Program-made: the position numbers and the translations under genes
Notes under the pieces: generated by a model
What the model saw: the letters and a program-made list of their open reading frames with translations, nothing else
Told to the model about the DNA's origin: nothing
The model's database searches: none
Shown here: piece by piece, positions 1 to 7,693 of the stretch
Numbering within the stretch: the stretch's first letter is position 1
Layout: every line of letters begins with the position of its first letter
Source: Chloracidobacterium sp.
GTDB taxonomy: Bacteria > Acidobacteriota > Blastocatellia > Pyrinomonadales > Pyrinomonadaceae
NCBI GenBank assembly: GCA_016711345.1
Contig: JADJTD010000002.1
Location: 277-64,276 of the forward strand
DNA length: 64,000 bases
Reading direction: 5' to 3'

Positions 1-783
1 ACCGAGAAACTGATCACGATGCTGCCAGATGTTTTCGCGCTCACTGTCGGTGAACCCAGTTCCGATATTGAACTCGACTCCTTCCGCAGTTCTGCAAACA
101 AGCGCTCCAAGGTCGCCTCGACCTGATTTACCCGCTCGATGACTGCTGCGTTTGGTTCGTCCAAGTTCAGACACAGTTGCTTCATTTCCATTGTGCATCC
201 TCTCTTCAAAACCAATGACCGTGGCCTCGGCATCCATGAACCTCTTTAGCTTCAGCAGGTAGCCTTCGCGTACCGTGCTGCGGCCCATCTTGTATGGGGC
301 ATCCGGGCTGCGCAGGATCAGACCTTCGAAGCCTTCATCGAGTATGTCCTCCTCGTACTTGAGTAATGCGTCGATAGTCTTGACGAGCTTCTGGTCGTGT
401 AGCACAACACTCAGTTCACGAGAATTCTTCAGCGCAGATTTCAGTTTGTCAGCACGACGCGAGTACTCAGATACCAGTTCTTCGACGTGATCGAACACGT
501 AGAAGCGCAGGTCGTACTTCTCCTTGTCGTGAGACATGACGTGACTGACAGTATCTCGATAGACAGTCTTGCCGCTGGGGTCACCAACGATCAGCTCGCC
601 ATCAAAGTGTGTGAGGTGCTTGAACTCCTGCTGCACGAAGGCATTCGGGATCGGCTTGTTGCTACGGCTGTACACCACACCGTCACGCACCACGGCTCTG
701 ACGCCATCCAATTTGGGTGAACACAAAATCGGATACCTTAATTTTTCTAAATCACAATCACATGCCAACATCGGCTTAAACAT
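1..783 (-). CDS. ATP-dependent DNA ligase (C-terminus runs off the window edge)
   Basis: Absent from the ORF track because it is open-ended. My minus-strand translation from ATG 783 reads MFKPMLACDCDLEKLRYPILCSPKLDGVRAVV...EGLILRSPDAPYKMGRS...GYLLKLKRF...GALVCRTAEGVEFNIGTGFTD. This shows the KxDG adenylation site, motifs IV/V and an OB-fold. The ATG overlaps the stop of ORF 776..1426. Confidence 0.85.
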   Translation of the reverse strand, partial: MFKPMLACDCDLEKLRYPILCSPKLDGVRAVVRDGVVYSRSNKPIPNAFVQQEFKHLTHFDGELIVGDPSGKTVYRDTVSHVMSHDKEKYDLRFYVFDHVEELVSEYSRRADKLKSALKNSRELSVVLHDQKLVKTIDALLKYEEDILDEGFEGLILRSPDAPYKMGRSTVREGYLLKLKRFMDAEATVIGFEERMHNGNEATVSELGRTKRSSHRAGKSGRGDLGALVCRTAEGVEFNIGTGFTDSERENIWQHRDQFLG

Positions 784-1426
784 TTTTAATCCTTTTGGTT
801 GTTGATAAAGCTCTGTCAATCGACCAACTGTTCCTATATATGCGTTCGTATATGAGGCGATACGGAAGGTTTTTTGATTCGCAAATGTTTACCAAAGGTA
901 CGAGTTGTCCTTTGTGCTTTATCCGTGGTGTACATGTGCGATTTCTCATTTGCTCTTTAACCGTCGCCCACTTGCAGTTGCCGGGTGCGTAATTGCCGTT
1001 TACATTAATGCGCTCAAGTGTGTGATTTGGTGGGCACTCACCCATATCAGTTAAGAAGCGTTCGAATGAGCTTTTCCAATGAGCGCATACCGTAATACCG
1101 CGAGCGCCGTAATTTTTGTATTGCGGCGCGTTCGGGTTAAAGCATCGGTCCTTCGCTCCACGCCACGCAAACCACTCACGTGTTTTTGTTTTACCGTGTC
1201 GTAGATTCGTTTTACCGACATTTGAACAAGTGTCTGCAACAAGACATCCACACGATCTTGAATGCCCTTCATGCAAATTCCCTGCTTCTACAAGGATGGT
1301 GTTACCGCAACCGCATATACACACCCAGTTAACGCGTCTGCGTCCATTGGCTTGAACATGGCCCGGACCCTCTTTGACTACTGTTAATCTCCCAACAACG
1401 TCACCTGTGCGATCTCGTTTCTTCAT
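776..1426 (-). CDS. free-standing homing-endonuclease-like / DNA-binding protein (Cys-cluster N-terminus)
   Basis: 216-aa track ORF. It has an N-terminal WVCICGCGN...SRSCGC cluster and a YGARGITVC..W...DMG...LERINVNGNYAPGNCKWAT module typical of mobile phage endonuclease-like genes. Codon usage is visibly AT-richer. It sits between a ligase 5' relic and the functional ligase start. Confidence 0.75.
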   Translation of the reverse strand: MKKRDRTGDVVGRLTVVKEGPGHVQANGRRRVNWVCICGCGNTILVEAGNLHEGHSRSCGCLVADTCSNVGKTNLRHGKTKTREWFAWRGAKDRCFNPNAPQYKNYGARGITVCAHWKSSFERFLTDMGECPPNHTLERINVNGNYAPGNCKWATVKEQMRNRTCTPRIKHKGQLVPLVNICESKNLPYRLIYERIYRNSWSIDRALSTTKRIKNV

Positions 1427-1445
1427 AACCCACTCAACTCAGTTA

Positions 1446-1547
1446 TTAAGTCTGATGGAGTATATCAGAGAGAAGTAGATTATGAAAGAGCGGAAAACGA
1501 AGCTTGTCCAGCTCAGCGTCGGTTGCAAGCATTGGCTTGAAAATCAT
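1446..1547 (-). pseudogene. relic 5' end of the DNA ligase gene (33 codons)
   Basis: ATG 1547 is preceded by AAGGAG. It encodes MIFKPMLATDAELDKLRFPLF and then diverges (HNLLLSDILHQT*). The first 20 residues align with the functional ligase N-terminus MFKPMLACDCDLEKLRYPIL at 783. Confidence 0.6.
1451..1490 (-). promoter_or_regulatory. CTCTGATA-family promoter/operator candidate upstream of the endonuclease-like gene
   Basis: The minus strand reads CTTCTCTCTGATATACTCCATCAGA. This gives TGnTATACT (extended -10-like) about 33 nt before ATG 1426. It also forms the inverted repeat TCTGAT-N7-ATCAGA (1451..1469). Confidence 0.4.
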
Positions 1548-1948
1548 TTCGTTTCTCCTTTGTAATACTGAAAGCTCCAGTCGCCGTAGAACATCCCGTC
1601 GTAATAGATCATGTCTTCCCAAACGAAGATAGGCGCACGAAACGACACTGGTTTCGTGCTGCCGTTGTGGAAGGTACAGACTGGGCAACCGATGCTGATA
1701 GCGTCACCCTCATCGTCACCAAAGCGTAGGTCGCTCATATAGGTGCATGCCATCCATTCGAACGGGCCGAGATAAGGGCCATCGTCACCCCAGTCACTCA
1801 TTTCCTCTTCGGCGTATTCGCGCCCGTGATAGAGGTAAAGGTACATGCCTGGTTTAGTCGGCTTGTCACACTTCAGCCCCTGTACCATGGTCGCTTCGCG
1901 ATCCATGACTGGGAGGGTGAGAATTTCTTCGATGGTGAGCTTAGTCAT
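1544..1948 (-). CDS. hypothetical protein
   Basis: Track ORF 1544..1981. I moved the start to ATG 1948 (MTKLTIEE), which overlaps the deaminase stop (ATGACTAA). Its TGA overlaps the ATG of the ligase relic. Confidence 0.7.
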   Translation of the reverse strand: MTKLTIEEILTLPVMDREATMVQGLKCDKPTKPGMYLYLYHGREYAEEEMSDWGDDGPYLGPFEWMACTYMSDLRFGDDEGDAISIGCPVCTFHNGSTKPVSFRAPIFVWEDMIYYDGMFYGDWSFQYYKGETK

Positions 1949-2393
1949 GTGGCACCTCATCAAAATAAACACCGCATTCATTGAACAGTCGGATTACACG
2001 ATATTTGTGCTCGATCCACCGCTTGGCGAATTCTTCTTCTGGCTTGGGCCAGAACACTTCCCTTATCCCAGCTTGAACAATTGCACGAGCGCAGTCCATG
2101 CACGGTGGGTGAGTGACGACAATGGTGCTTCCGATGAGCGACACACCCATACGCGCTGCGTTGTATATGGCGTTGCGTTCCGCGTGTTCCATCCAGAAAT
2201 ATTTCTCCGGCCTCTCGGTACCACGAACATCCTCATCGGCAGCACACCCTCTGGGAGCACCGTTGTATCCCATGGTTCGGACTTCGAGCGAGGGACTGAC
2301 GACGATTGCGCCAACCTGCGTGCTTTTGTCCTTGCTGAGCTTTGAAATAGCATTTGCGATCTCCAGGTACTTGCTGAATTTGTCTCGGTTCAT
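1941..2393 (-). CDS. dCMP deaminase (cytidine/deoxycytidylate deaminase fold)
   Basis: 150 aa with the zinc-binding motifs HAERNA and PCMDCA at the characteristic spacing. Confidence 0.85.
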   Translation of the reverse strand: MNRDKFSKYLEIANAISKLSKDKSTQVGAIVVSPSLEVRTMGYNGAPRGCAADEDVRGTERPEKYFWMEHAERNAIYNAARMGVSLIGSTIVVTHPPCMDCARAIVQAGIREVFWPKPEEEFAKRWIEHKYRVIRLFNECGVYFDEVPHD

Positions 2394-2608
2394 TGCACTG
2401 CCCTTTCTTCCGTCAGTCGACGACCCGACATGGCCAGCATGCTCAGGTATGGGTCGAGCTTCTCGCCCAGCTCAGCCTGCATCGCTAGATAGCCGACGAT
2501 GATGAAATACTCAGCCTTCGCTGCTGCTTGCGTTTTGGGCTTCAGGTTGTTGTTCTTAAACTGCACCAGGATCAGCTCGCGCAGTCGTTCGATATCGGGT
2601 CGCATCAT
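2390..2608 (-). CDS. hypothetical protein
   Basis: 72-aa track ORF. It shows ATGA stop/start coupling with the deaminase gene and an AGGAG RBS upstream. Confidence 0.65.
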   Translation of the reverse strand: MMRPDIERLRELILVQFKNNNLKPKTQAAAKAEYFIIVGYLAMQAELGEKLDPYLSMLAMSGRRLTEERAVQ

Positions 2609-2633
2609 GTGTTGCTCCTAAAAGAGTTTGGTG

Positions 2634-2663
2634 CCCGACAGGGGGCTGGGCAGCGGTGTCGGG
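2634..2663 (-). terminator. weak hairpin (7-bp stem CCCGACA/TGTCGGG, 16-nt loop)
   Basis: On the minus strand the hairpin is followed by CACCAAACTCTTTT. It lies between ORF 2782..2961 and the RBS of ORF 2390..2608. Confidence 0.3.
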
Positions 2664-2781
2664 GCTAACGTATCTCGGACGTTTCGAACGGAACAGTCAC
2701 GCAGCTGGAGGTGGAACAAGTAAGAGACCACGCCTGTTCAGCCAATGTTTTATCCCACCTTTGGCTGGGGCATCACGGACA

Positions 2782-2961
2782 CTACCTTGTGTACCAGCCG
2801 TAGCCTGGGTTGTGCCAGAGCTGCGTGGTGTTGACCTTCTCGCGTGCGTCTAGCCAGTTCTTGGCAGGAATGGTTTGCAACACGTTGTCCTTTGCAGAAG
2901 TCTCGGTATCGAGGATGACTCGATCTTCACCTTCGCGTTGCTTCAGGTAGAAGGTTTTCAT
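2782..2961 (-). CDS. hypothetical small protein (59 aa)
   Basis: Below the track length cutoff. My translation is MKTFYLKQREGEDRVILDTETSAKDNVLQTIPAKNWLDAREKVNTTQLWHNPGYGWYTR. The ATG lies 2 nt after the stop of the upstream ORF. Confidence 0.45.
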   Translation of the reverse strand: MKTFYLKQREGEDRVILDTETSAKDNVLQTIPAKNWLDAREKVNTTQLWHNPGYGWYTR

Positions 2962-2962
2962 T

Positions 2963-3664
2963 TCATTGTTCTTTCATTAGTTTCAAATCAATCACGCGTT
3001 TCTTCGTCCCATGTGCTGGAAATCCGATGACTGCGCGATCTGGACTGTTGTCTGCGCAAATACCGCAGCGTGCGCAGTCCATGTCGTCTCGATAAGTGGC
3101 TGGGCAGACGACGACCTTTCTTCCGCCAGCCGTGTAGAGCGAGTGCTCTGTTATTCCACTGGGTAGCACCACTGCTTGAGGTAGCGAGGTAATCTGTGCG
3201 ACTGCATCAGAGTTCGTCAGAGAGTCACACGAAACATTGATGGTGAATCCAGCTTCGTTCGCAGCTTCAATGATGTGAATGTTTTCCGGTGTGAGGGGGT
3301 AGTGTGTGTACGTGAAACCACGCTTCCCTTTGTTCGCCTGCACCAGTTCTTCAAGCGCAGGCTGGTCAATCAGTACGCCGTCACCTGGTAGATCACCTGC
3401 TTGGTTGTGTCGCCAGAGCTGCTTGCGCGGCAGGCGGCTGATCTCGTCACAGAAGTCTGGCCAGTCCATACCTCGTTCACCGTTATTGATCTTGTTCCAG
3501 TGCATGAGCAGTGGGCCGAACTTCGCGTAGCAGGTGTCGAACTGCTCACACGTGGGAGGGCAAGTACGCGCCTCTGTCGTGCTCACAGGGATAGGGCCAG
3601 TCTTCTTGTTATGACTGATGCGAGTTAGGCCGACACGGTACATGGCGCTCCTCTCGTTTTTCAA
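2963..3664 (-). CDS. Cys-rich conserved phage protein (possibly GP88-like family)
   Basis: 233-aa track ORF. It has an N-terminal TCPPTC..C and a C-terminal CP...CARCGIC cysteine pattern. The start may instead be the internal ATG at 3643 (MYRVGL). Confidence 0.65.
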   Translation of the reverse strand: MKNERSAMYRVGLTRISHNKKTGPIPVSTTEARTCPPTCEQFDTCYAKFGPLLMHWNKINNGERGMDWPDFCDEISRLPRKQLWRHNQAGDLPGDGVLIDQPALEELVQANKGKRGFTYTHYPLTPENIHIIEAANEAGFTINVSCDSLTNSDAVAQITSLPQAVVLPSGITEHSLYTAGGRKVVVCPATYRDDMDCARCGICADNSPDRAVIGFPAHGTKKRVIDLKLMKEQ

Positions 3665-3845
3665 AGTCGTACACGTAGTTCACTTCTTCGTCAGACTCAC
3701 GAGCTTCGAATCCGATAGGCATCGTCCACCGTTGAAAGCGGTCACTTGCAGCGGCATGCGCCTCAACCTCTGTGGCAAACGCCGTGGAGTTCGTGGCCCA
3801 CTCCCCACCGGGGAATTCAAAATAAGGTTTCCATGACTTGCTCAT
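3609..3845 (-). CDS. hypothetical protein
   Basis: 78-aa track ORF in the same orientation as its neighbours. It is coupled (ATGA) to the stop of ORF 3842..4351. Confidence 0.6.
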   Translation of the reverse strand: MSKSWKPYFEFPGGEWATNSTAFATEVEAHAAASDRFQRWTMPIGFEARESDEEVNYVYDFEKREERHVPCRPNSHQS

Positions 3846-4351
3846 ACCGCCTCCCTTCCAACCAAGTACCTCAAACCGCAGCGGTAGCGAATGCCATCGA
3901 GGTCAATGACGAACGCGCTTGGACTGCGGCGTTTGATAATCTCAGCGACTTTCTCGCCGATCTTCCACTTGCTCCCCTTGACCAGTGCTCTGGCATTTCT
4001 GCCACGGGCATACACGCGCTGCCGCCACTCGTAGGCCCAGTTGGTCTCCGGGGCGGTGCACATCTCCAGATAGGAGACAGGGCATGTGATCTCACACGGC
4101 CCAGCCGTTTCATGCACGTCCTTGTAGCCCCACCAGTCTTTGTCCATCCCGGTGTAGTTTTTGCTGACACCGTGCGGCCCTTTCATCATGCAGAGGCCGA
4201 CGCTGCGCTTGCCGTCCTCGTGCTCGTAGACCAGCCACAGGTTGTTACCCACAGTGCAGTGCTTGAGCACTTTCGCACCACCCTTGTTCTCAACGAGGTG
4301 CTTGATGAGGTTTTTGCGCTCTAACCACGCGCTGCTGAATAGCCATCCCAT
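3842..4351 (-). CDS. hypothetical protein
   Basis: 169-aa track ORF. The initiation region AGGAGAAATGAAATGGGAT is identical to that of ORF 4321..4542. Confidence 0.75.
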   Translation of the reverse strand: MGWLFSSAWLERKNLIKHLVENKGGAKVLKHCTVGNNLWLVYEHEDGKRSVGLCMMKGPHGVSKNYTGMDKDWWGYKDVHETAGPCEITCPVSYLEMCTAPETNWAYEWRQRVYARGRNARALVKGSKWKIGEKVAEIIKRRSPSAFVIDLDGIRYRCGLRYLVGREAV

Positions 4352-4542
4352 TTCATTTCTCCTTTGGTAGCCCCGCGAGCTACGACCAGTTCAGGGCGTT
4401 GATGATGTCGAACAATCCACTGTCCATGCCACTTACTGAACCACGGCTCTTCGCAGCGTTTTGCGAACTCTTGCTGCGCCCAGCTTCCGTGCCACGGCGT
4501 GATGGGAGTGTGCTTTCCGTTTACAACCGGGCCGTATCCCAT
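4321..4542 (-). CDS. hypothetical protein
   Basis: 73-aa track ORF with a strong RBS. Its 3' end overlaps the next gene by 31 nt, so the true stop is uncertain. Confidence 0.5.
   Translation of the reverse strand: MGYGPVVNGKHTPITPWHGSWAQQEFAKRCEEPWFSKWHGQWIVRHHQRPELVVARGATKGEMKWDGYSAARG
4345..4363. repeat. 19-nt exact repeat, copy 1 (ATCCCATTTCATTTCTCCT)
   Basis: Identical to 4536..4554. Both copies cover the RBS, the ATG and the first two codons of consecutive minus-strand genes. Confidence 0.8.
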
Positions 4543-4554
4543 TTCATTTCTCCT
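4536..4554. repeat. 19-nt exact repeat, copy 2
   Basis: Identical to 4345..4363. Confidence 0.8.
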
Positions 4555-5035
4555 CTTGTGCGTACAACGCCTCTACTTCAGGCAGTACAAGCTGAAAGTC
4601 CCAGTCAGCGCCTTCGTAGCCATTCAGGCAACGGATGGCAGCGTTCTTGATCCACTCAACTTGACGCCACGCCAAGGTGTCCTTCCAGTCGTCAGTCTCG
4701 CAGCTCTGGTAGTCGAGACTCATAGCCAGCTTGATGATCTGGATTGGCGCAACGCCTTGCGGGTGCGTCACGAAGTGGGCAGCGTAGATAGCTGCAGCCT
4801 CTTCGATCTCGGCGTCGTGCATGCACGGGCCGGGGCGGGAGCCTGACTCGTCGTCCGGGTAGCGATGAGCGACCGAACGAATGTTCTCGCGAGCCAGACC
4901 ACGAGCCACCGCCTGAGCTGTTTCGATGTCGTTGCCGATGACTGTTCTGCACCATTCGCGGACGGCGCAACTGCGTTGGATTGCGAACGCGGCGAGGATG
5001 CCGAAGTGTTCGGGGTTGCAGATGTATGCGGACAT
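4544..5035 (-). CDS. hypothetical protein
   Basis: 163-aa track ORF with protein-like composition, packed tightly against its neighbours. Confidence 0.75.
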   Translation of the reverse strand: MSAYICNPEHFGILAAFAIQRSCAVREWCRTVIGNDIETAQAVARGLARENIRSVAHRYPDDESGSRPGPCMHDAEIEEAAAIYAAHFVTHPQGVAPIQIIKLAMSLDYQSCETDDWKDTLAWRQVEWIKNAAIRCLNGYEGADWDFQLVLPEVEALYAQEEK

Positions 5036-5043
5036 TGTGCCTC

Positions 5044-5481
5044 CTAACTAGATACCCATTGTTTGATGCACTGAAGTTCACGCATCTCGCTGTCTTTGTA
5101 CTGATAGCCCCACTCTGCTCCGTCCTCACCACGAGCATAGATAGAGCCGTTAGCAAACGGTGCCAATGCGCGGAAGAAATGCTCTTCGTCTCCACATTTT
5201 TCACCACACCATGTGAATGAAAATTGAGACCCTTCATTCGTGGAATAAAGATTAAAGCGCCATGCCAAGAAGGCTTCTTCCATTGTGGTGAAACCGCCTG
5301 GAGGCGGATTGTCCGTCCATGAGTAGCGGACGTGGGTGCGTACTCCACCTTGATAAGTACCCGCATGACTCTGTGAAGCCATTAGCTCCGGGTCATGCAG
5401 GGCGTTGATAGCTGCGATTACTTCCGGCGCTCTTTCTGCCGGAATCGTCACAGCGATGTCGTACTCAACGTAGTAGCCCAT
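5044..5481 (-). CDS. hypothetical protein
   Basis: Track ORF 5044..5511. I moved the start to ATG 5481 (MGYYVEYD), which is preceded by AAGGAG. Confidence 0.7.
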   Translation of the reverse strand: MGYYVEYDIAVTIPAERAPEVIAAINALHDPELMASQSHAGTYQGGVRTHVRYSWTDNPPPGGFTTMEEAFLAWRFNLYSTNEGSQFSFTWCGEKCGDEEHFFRALAPFANGSIYARGEDGAEWGYQYKDSEMRELQCIKQWVSS

Positions 5482-5491
5482 GTCATTCTCC

Positions 5492-6448
5492 TTATGCTGC
5501 CAGCGCGACAAGCTCGTTCATCGCACGCACCTTGAGCTGCGCACCGTCGCCGAACCACGCACTATTCAAGCGGTTGTTCTGGTTCCGCGCACGCTTCTTG
5601 AAATCCACGTACTCGGTGACCGAGTTGATCAGACCCCAGGCGGTATCACCGGCAAGATCAGCACCGATGAACGTCTGATCCTTGAACATCTGGATCACGT
5701 TGTCGACGTGGATGCGATCCGGGTCGAGTGTGCGTGCCTGCATGTCCTCTGGCATCTTGAACACCTTGTCCATGATCTCGGTAGCCTTGGCCGTATCAAG
5801 CTTGATCTTGGCCAACACATCGAGCGTCTTGGTGAAGGTCTCCCACTGTTCACGTCCAATGCCGAGCTGAGCCTTGATCTCGTCAGGGCGGAAGTCACAT
5901 GCATGCGGAATCGTCACTCGGCCAGTGCTGTTACCCAGTGCCTGCTGCAGCGTGTTGTTACACACGACTCTGACGGAAGTGAACTGAGCGAGAGTAGAGA
6001 GCGTCAGATCGTAGGACGTGCTGAGCAGCAGGTAGCCGTCGACACGATCCTGGCCGAGTACCTTGTGCACATCGCCCGTTTCAGCGAGACACCAGATGCG
6101 GCCACCGTCCATGAGCGAGCCTGCGGTGTGCATCTTCATGTTGTGCATCGAGAGTAGATCACGGAAGAACTCGAAGACCTGTTTCGGCTGTACCGGCTTG
6201 TAGCGGTCAGACACAACGGAGTAGGGTTTGTCGTCCGTATCGCGAGCGATGACGAAGCGCTTTGGGAAGGTGCGCATGTAGTCCGCGCTACCTTCCTCGC
6301 AGTACTTCACCGGGCGCTTACTCACGGTCCAGTCCAAACCTGCTTCCTTCTGAAAATCTTCGAGGGCGATGTTGTCCTCGACCTTGTTACCGAGACCGTG
6401 CCACGGAACTTGTCCAGCGTACGCCATTGTTTCAATCATGTGTGCCAT
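5492..6448 (-). CDS. DUF932 / phage-plasmid-like protein (TIGR03299-type)
   Basis: 318 aa. From memory, the overall pattern MIETMAY.G..PWHGLG...RVVCNNT...NSAWFG fits the DUF932 family. A TAGGAGG RBS lies upstream. Confidence 0.75.
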   Translation of the reverse strand: MAHMIETMAYAGQVPWHGLGNKVEDNIALEDFQKEAGLDWTVSKRPVKYCEEGSADYMRTFPKRFVIARDTDDKPYSVVSDRYKPVQPKQVFEFFRDLLSMHNMKMHTAGSLMDGGRIWCLAETGDVHKVLGQDRVDGYLLLSTSYDLTLSTLAQFTSVRVVCNNTLQQALGNSTGRVTIPHACDFRPDEIKAQLGIGREQWETFTKTLDVLAKIKLDTAKATEIMDKVFKMPEDMQARTLDPDRIHVDNVIQMFKDQTFIGADLAGDTAWGLINSVTEYVDFKKRARNQNNRLNSAWFGDGAQLKVRAMNELVALAA

Positions 6449-6470
6449 TATTGCCTCCTAGAGAAAGAAC

Positions 6471-6498
6471 TGGCGATGCCAGTTTCCCGGCATCGCCA
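6471..6498 (-). terminator. hairpin / probable intrinsic terminator
   Basis: Minus strand GGCGATGCC-GGGAAACT-GGCATCGCC (9-bp stem) followed by AGTTCTTTCTCT. The RBS of the DUF932 gene follows immediately. Confidence 0.5.
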
Positions 6499-6505
6499 TC
6501 AAAAC

Positions 6506-6625
6506 TCATTTCCGTTTAATCGCCTTGTACGTTCCATGAACGAGAACGCCAATGAGGACGGTTGTTGACAGAATCGAGTACGTTAAACCAGCAACTTTAG
6601 CTGCTGACATCAGTAGACGAATCAT
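6506..6625 (-). CDS. small hydrophobic protein (39 aa)
   Basis: My translation is MIRLLMSAAKVAGLTYSILSTTVLIGVLVHGTYKAIKRK. The ATG is 5 nt after the upstream stop and is preceded by GAGG. Confidence 0.4.
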   Translation of the reverse strand: MIRLLMSAAKVAGLTYSILSTTVLIGVLVHGTYKAIKRK

Positions 6626-6629
6626 CTGA

Positions 6630-7091
6630 CTACCTCGTTGTTTGCTCCTTGATCCAAGCAGCGAGGCCCTGCCTAGTACGCAAAAGACAGACGTACTCCT
6701 TTGCGGTCATGGAAGATTCCCACAACCTGTCTCTCAGGAGCACACCGCCAGACGGACAGCCAATAATCACTGCCACATTCCGACCTTCATCATATCGACC
6801 AGTCAACCAATCAGCCTGTAATGCGCTGAGCAGCTTCATGGGGTCAACGATTCCGCGTTGCGGTATTCGCGGAAGGTTCTTGTATTCAACCCACAGGTCA
6901 CCTGCATTGCCGCTGTACCAGCCATCAGCAGTGCCTGCGCTATATGGGTTGTTCATCTTTTCGTAATGGATGTACTGGCTTTCGTGAACCAAGGCACGCG
7001 CAGCCGTGCACATCTTCAATCGCTTCAAAGGGAGCAGCTTGTTCACTGAAGCGATGAAGACTGTCTCAGGTTTGCTTGACATACCGGTCAT
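6630..7091 (-). CDS. PD-(D/E)XK-type nuclease (Holliday-junction-resolvase-like)
   Basis: 153 aa. The segment GTADGWYSGNAGDLWVEYK fits a D...E-x-K nuclease core. The start could be the internal ATG at 7082. Confidence 0.55.
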   Translation of the reverse strand: MTGMSSKPETVFIASVNKLLPLKRLKMCTAARALVHESQYIHYEKMNNPYSAGTADGWYSGNAGDLWVEYKNLPRIPQRGIVDPMKLLSALQADWLTGRYDEGRNVAVIIGCPSGGVLLRDRLWESSMTAKEYVCLLRTRQGLAAWIKEQTTR

Positions 7092-7404
7092 CCAGTTCAG
7101 GATGCGTGGTCATGTACTCAATCAGGAACGCAAGATTACAGCGTGCGTGTGCGAGGTGATGAATACCGGTTTCTTTGTCGAATGTCTCACCCGCATTGAA
7201 CGCTAGGGTATGACGAAGTGCAGCGTCGATGAGGCGTGACCACGCCATGCCACCGCGCCAGTTGTCTCGCCCGTATTTATTCTCGCCATATGCCATGACG
7301 AGCGCTTCTTGTATTAGAGCCGATTGCGGGATGAGACCGAGGGTTGCCTTGGAAGCGTCATGTTTCGTTGCTTCTTTGACAGGAGTTTTTTTTGATGTTG
7401 CCAT
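7066..7404 (-). CDS. MazG-like nucleotide pyrophosphohydrolase (dATP/dGTP diphosphohydrolase N-terminal-type domain)
   Basis: Motif KYGRDNW...W..L.DAALRH..A...GE..D.ETG.HHLAH...NLAFL. I placed the start at ATG 7404, after GGAGATAAAG. The track start at 7416 is a TTG. Confidence 0.7.
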   Translation of the reverse strand: MATSKKTPVKEATKHDASKATLGLIPQSALIQEALVMAYGENKYGRDNWRGGMAWSRLIDAALRHTLAFNAGETFDKETGIHHLAHARCNLAFLIEYMTTHPELDDRYVKQT

Positions 7405-7462
7405 CTTTATCTCCAAGTGTGATGGGCGTCGGCTGATTACGCGCAGCCGACCACGCGGAGCA

Positions 7463-7693
7463 TTACGCCTTGGCAGCGGCCAGAGCAGCAGCGGCCTTCA
7501 CATCTGCCTTTTCAGCAGCAGCCAGGGCCTTGTCGTGCGCCTTGTCTTCGGCAGCACGAGCCTTCAGAACACCCTTGCGGGTCTTCGCGATGGCGCTGAC
7601 TTCGGCAGCAGTAGCCTTTGCTTCGGCCTTCAGGTTGGCGAGGGCGGCTTTCTTTTCAGCCGGGGTCAGAACAACAGATTTGCTACGGGCCAT
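7463..7693 (-). CDS. Lys/Ala-rich small basic protein (histone H1-like composition)
   Basis: Start at ATG 7693 after AAGGAG. Sequence: MARSKSVVLTPAEKKAALANLKAEAKATAAEVSAIAKTRKGVLKARAAEDKAHDKALAAAEKADVKAAAALAAAKA. Confidence 0.65.
   Translation of the reverse strand: MARSKSVVLTPAEKKAALANLKAEAKATAAEVSAIAKTRKGVLKARAAEDKAHDKALAAAEKADVKAAAALAAAKA

Noticed and set aside
1-192. Apparent short ORF MEMKQLCLNLDEP... starting at 192 on the minus strand
   Set aside because: It is a different frame of the ligase gene. The ligase frame carries conserved motifs straight through this region (…IGFEERMHNGNEATVSELGRTKRSSH…GALVC…).
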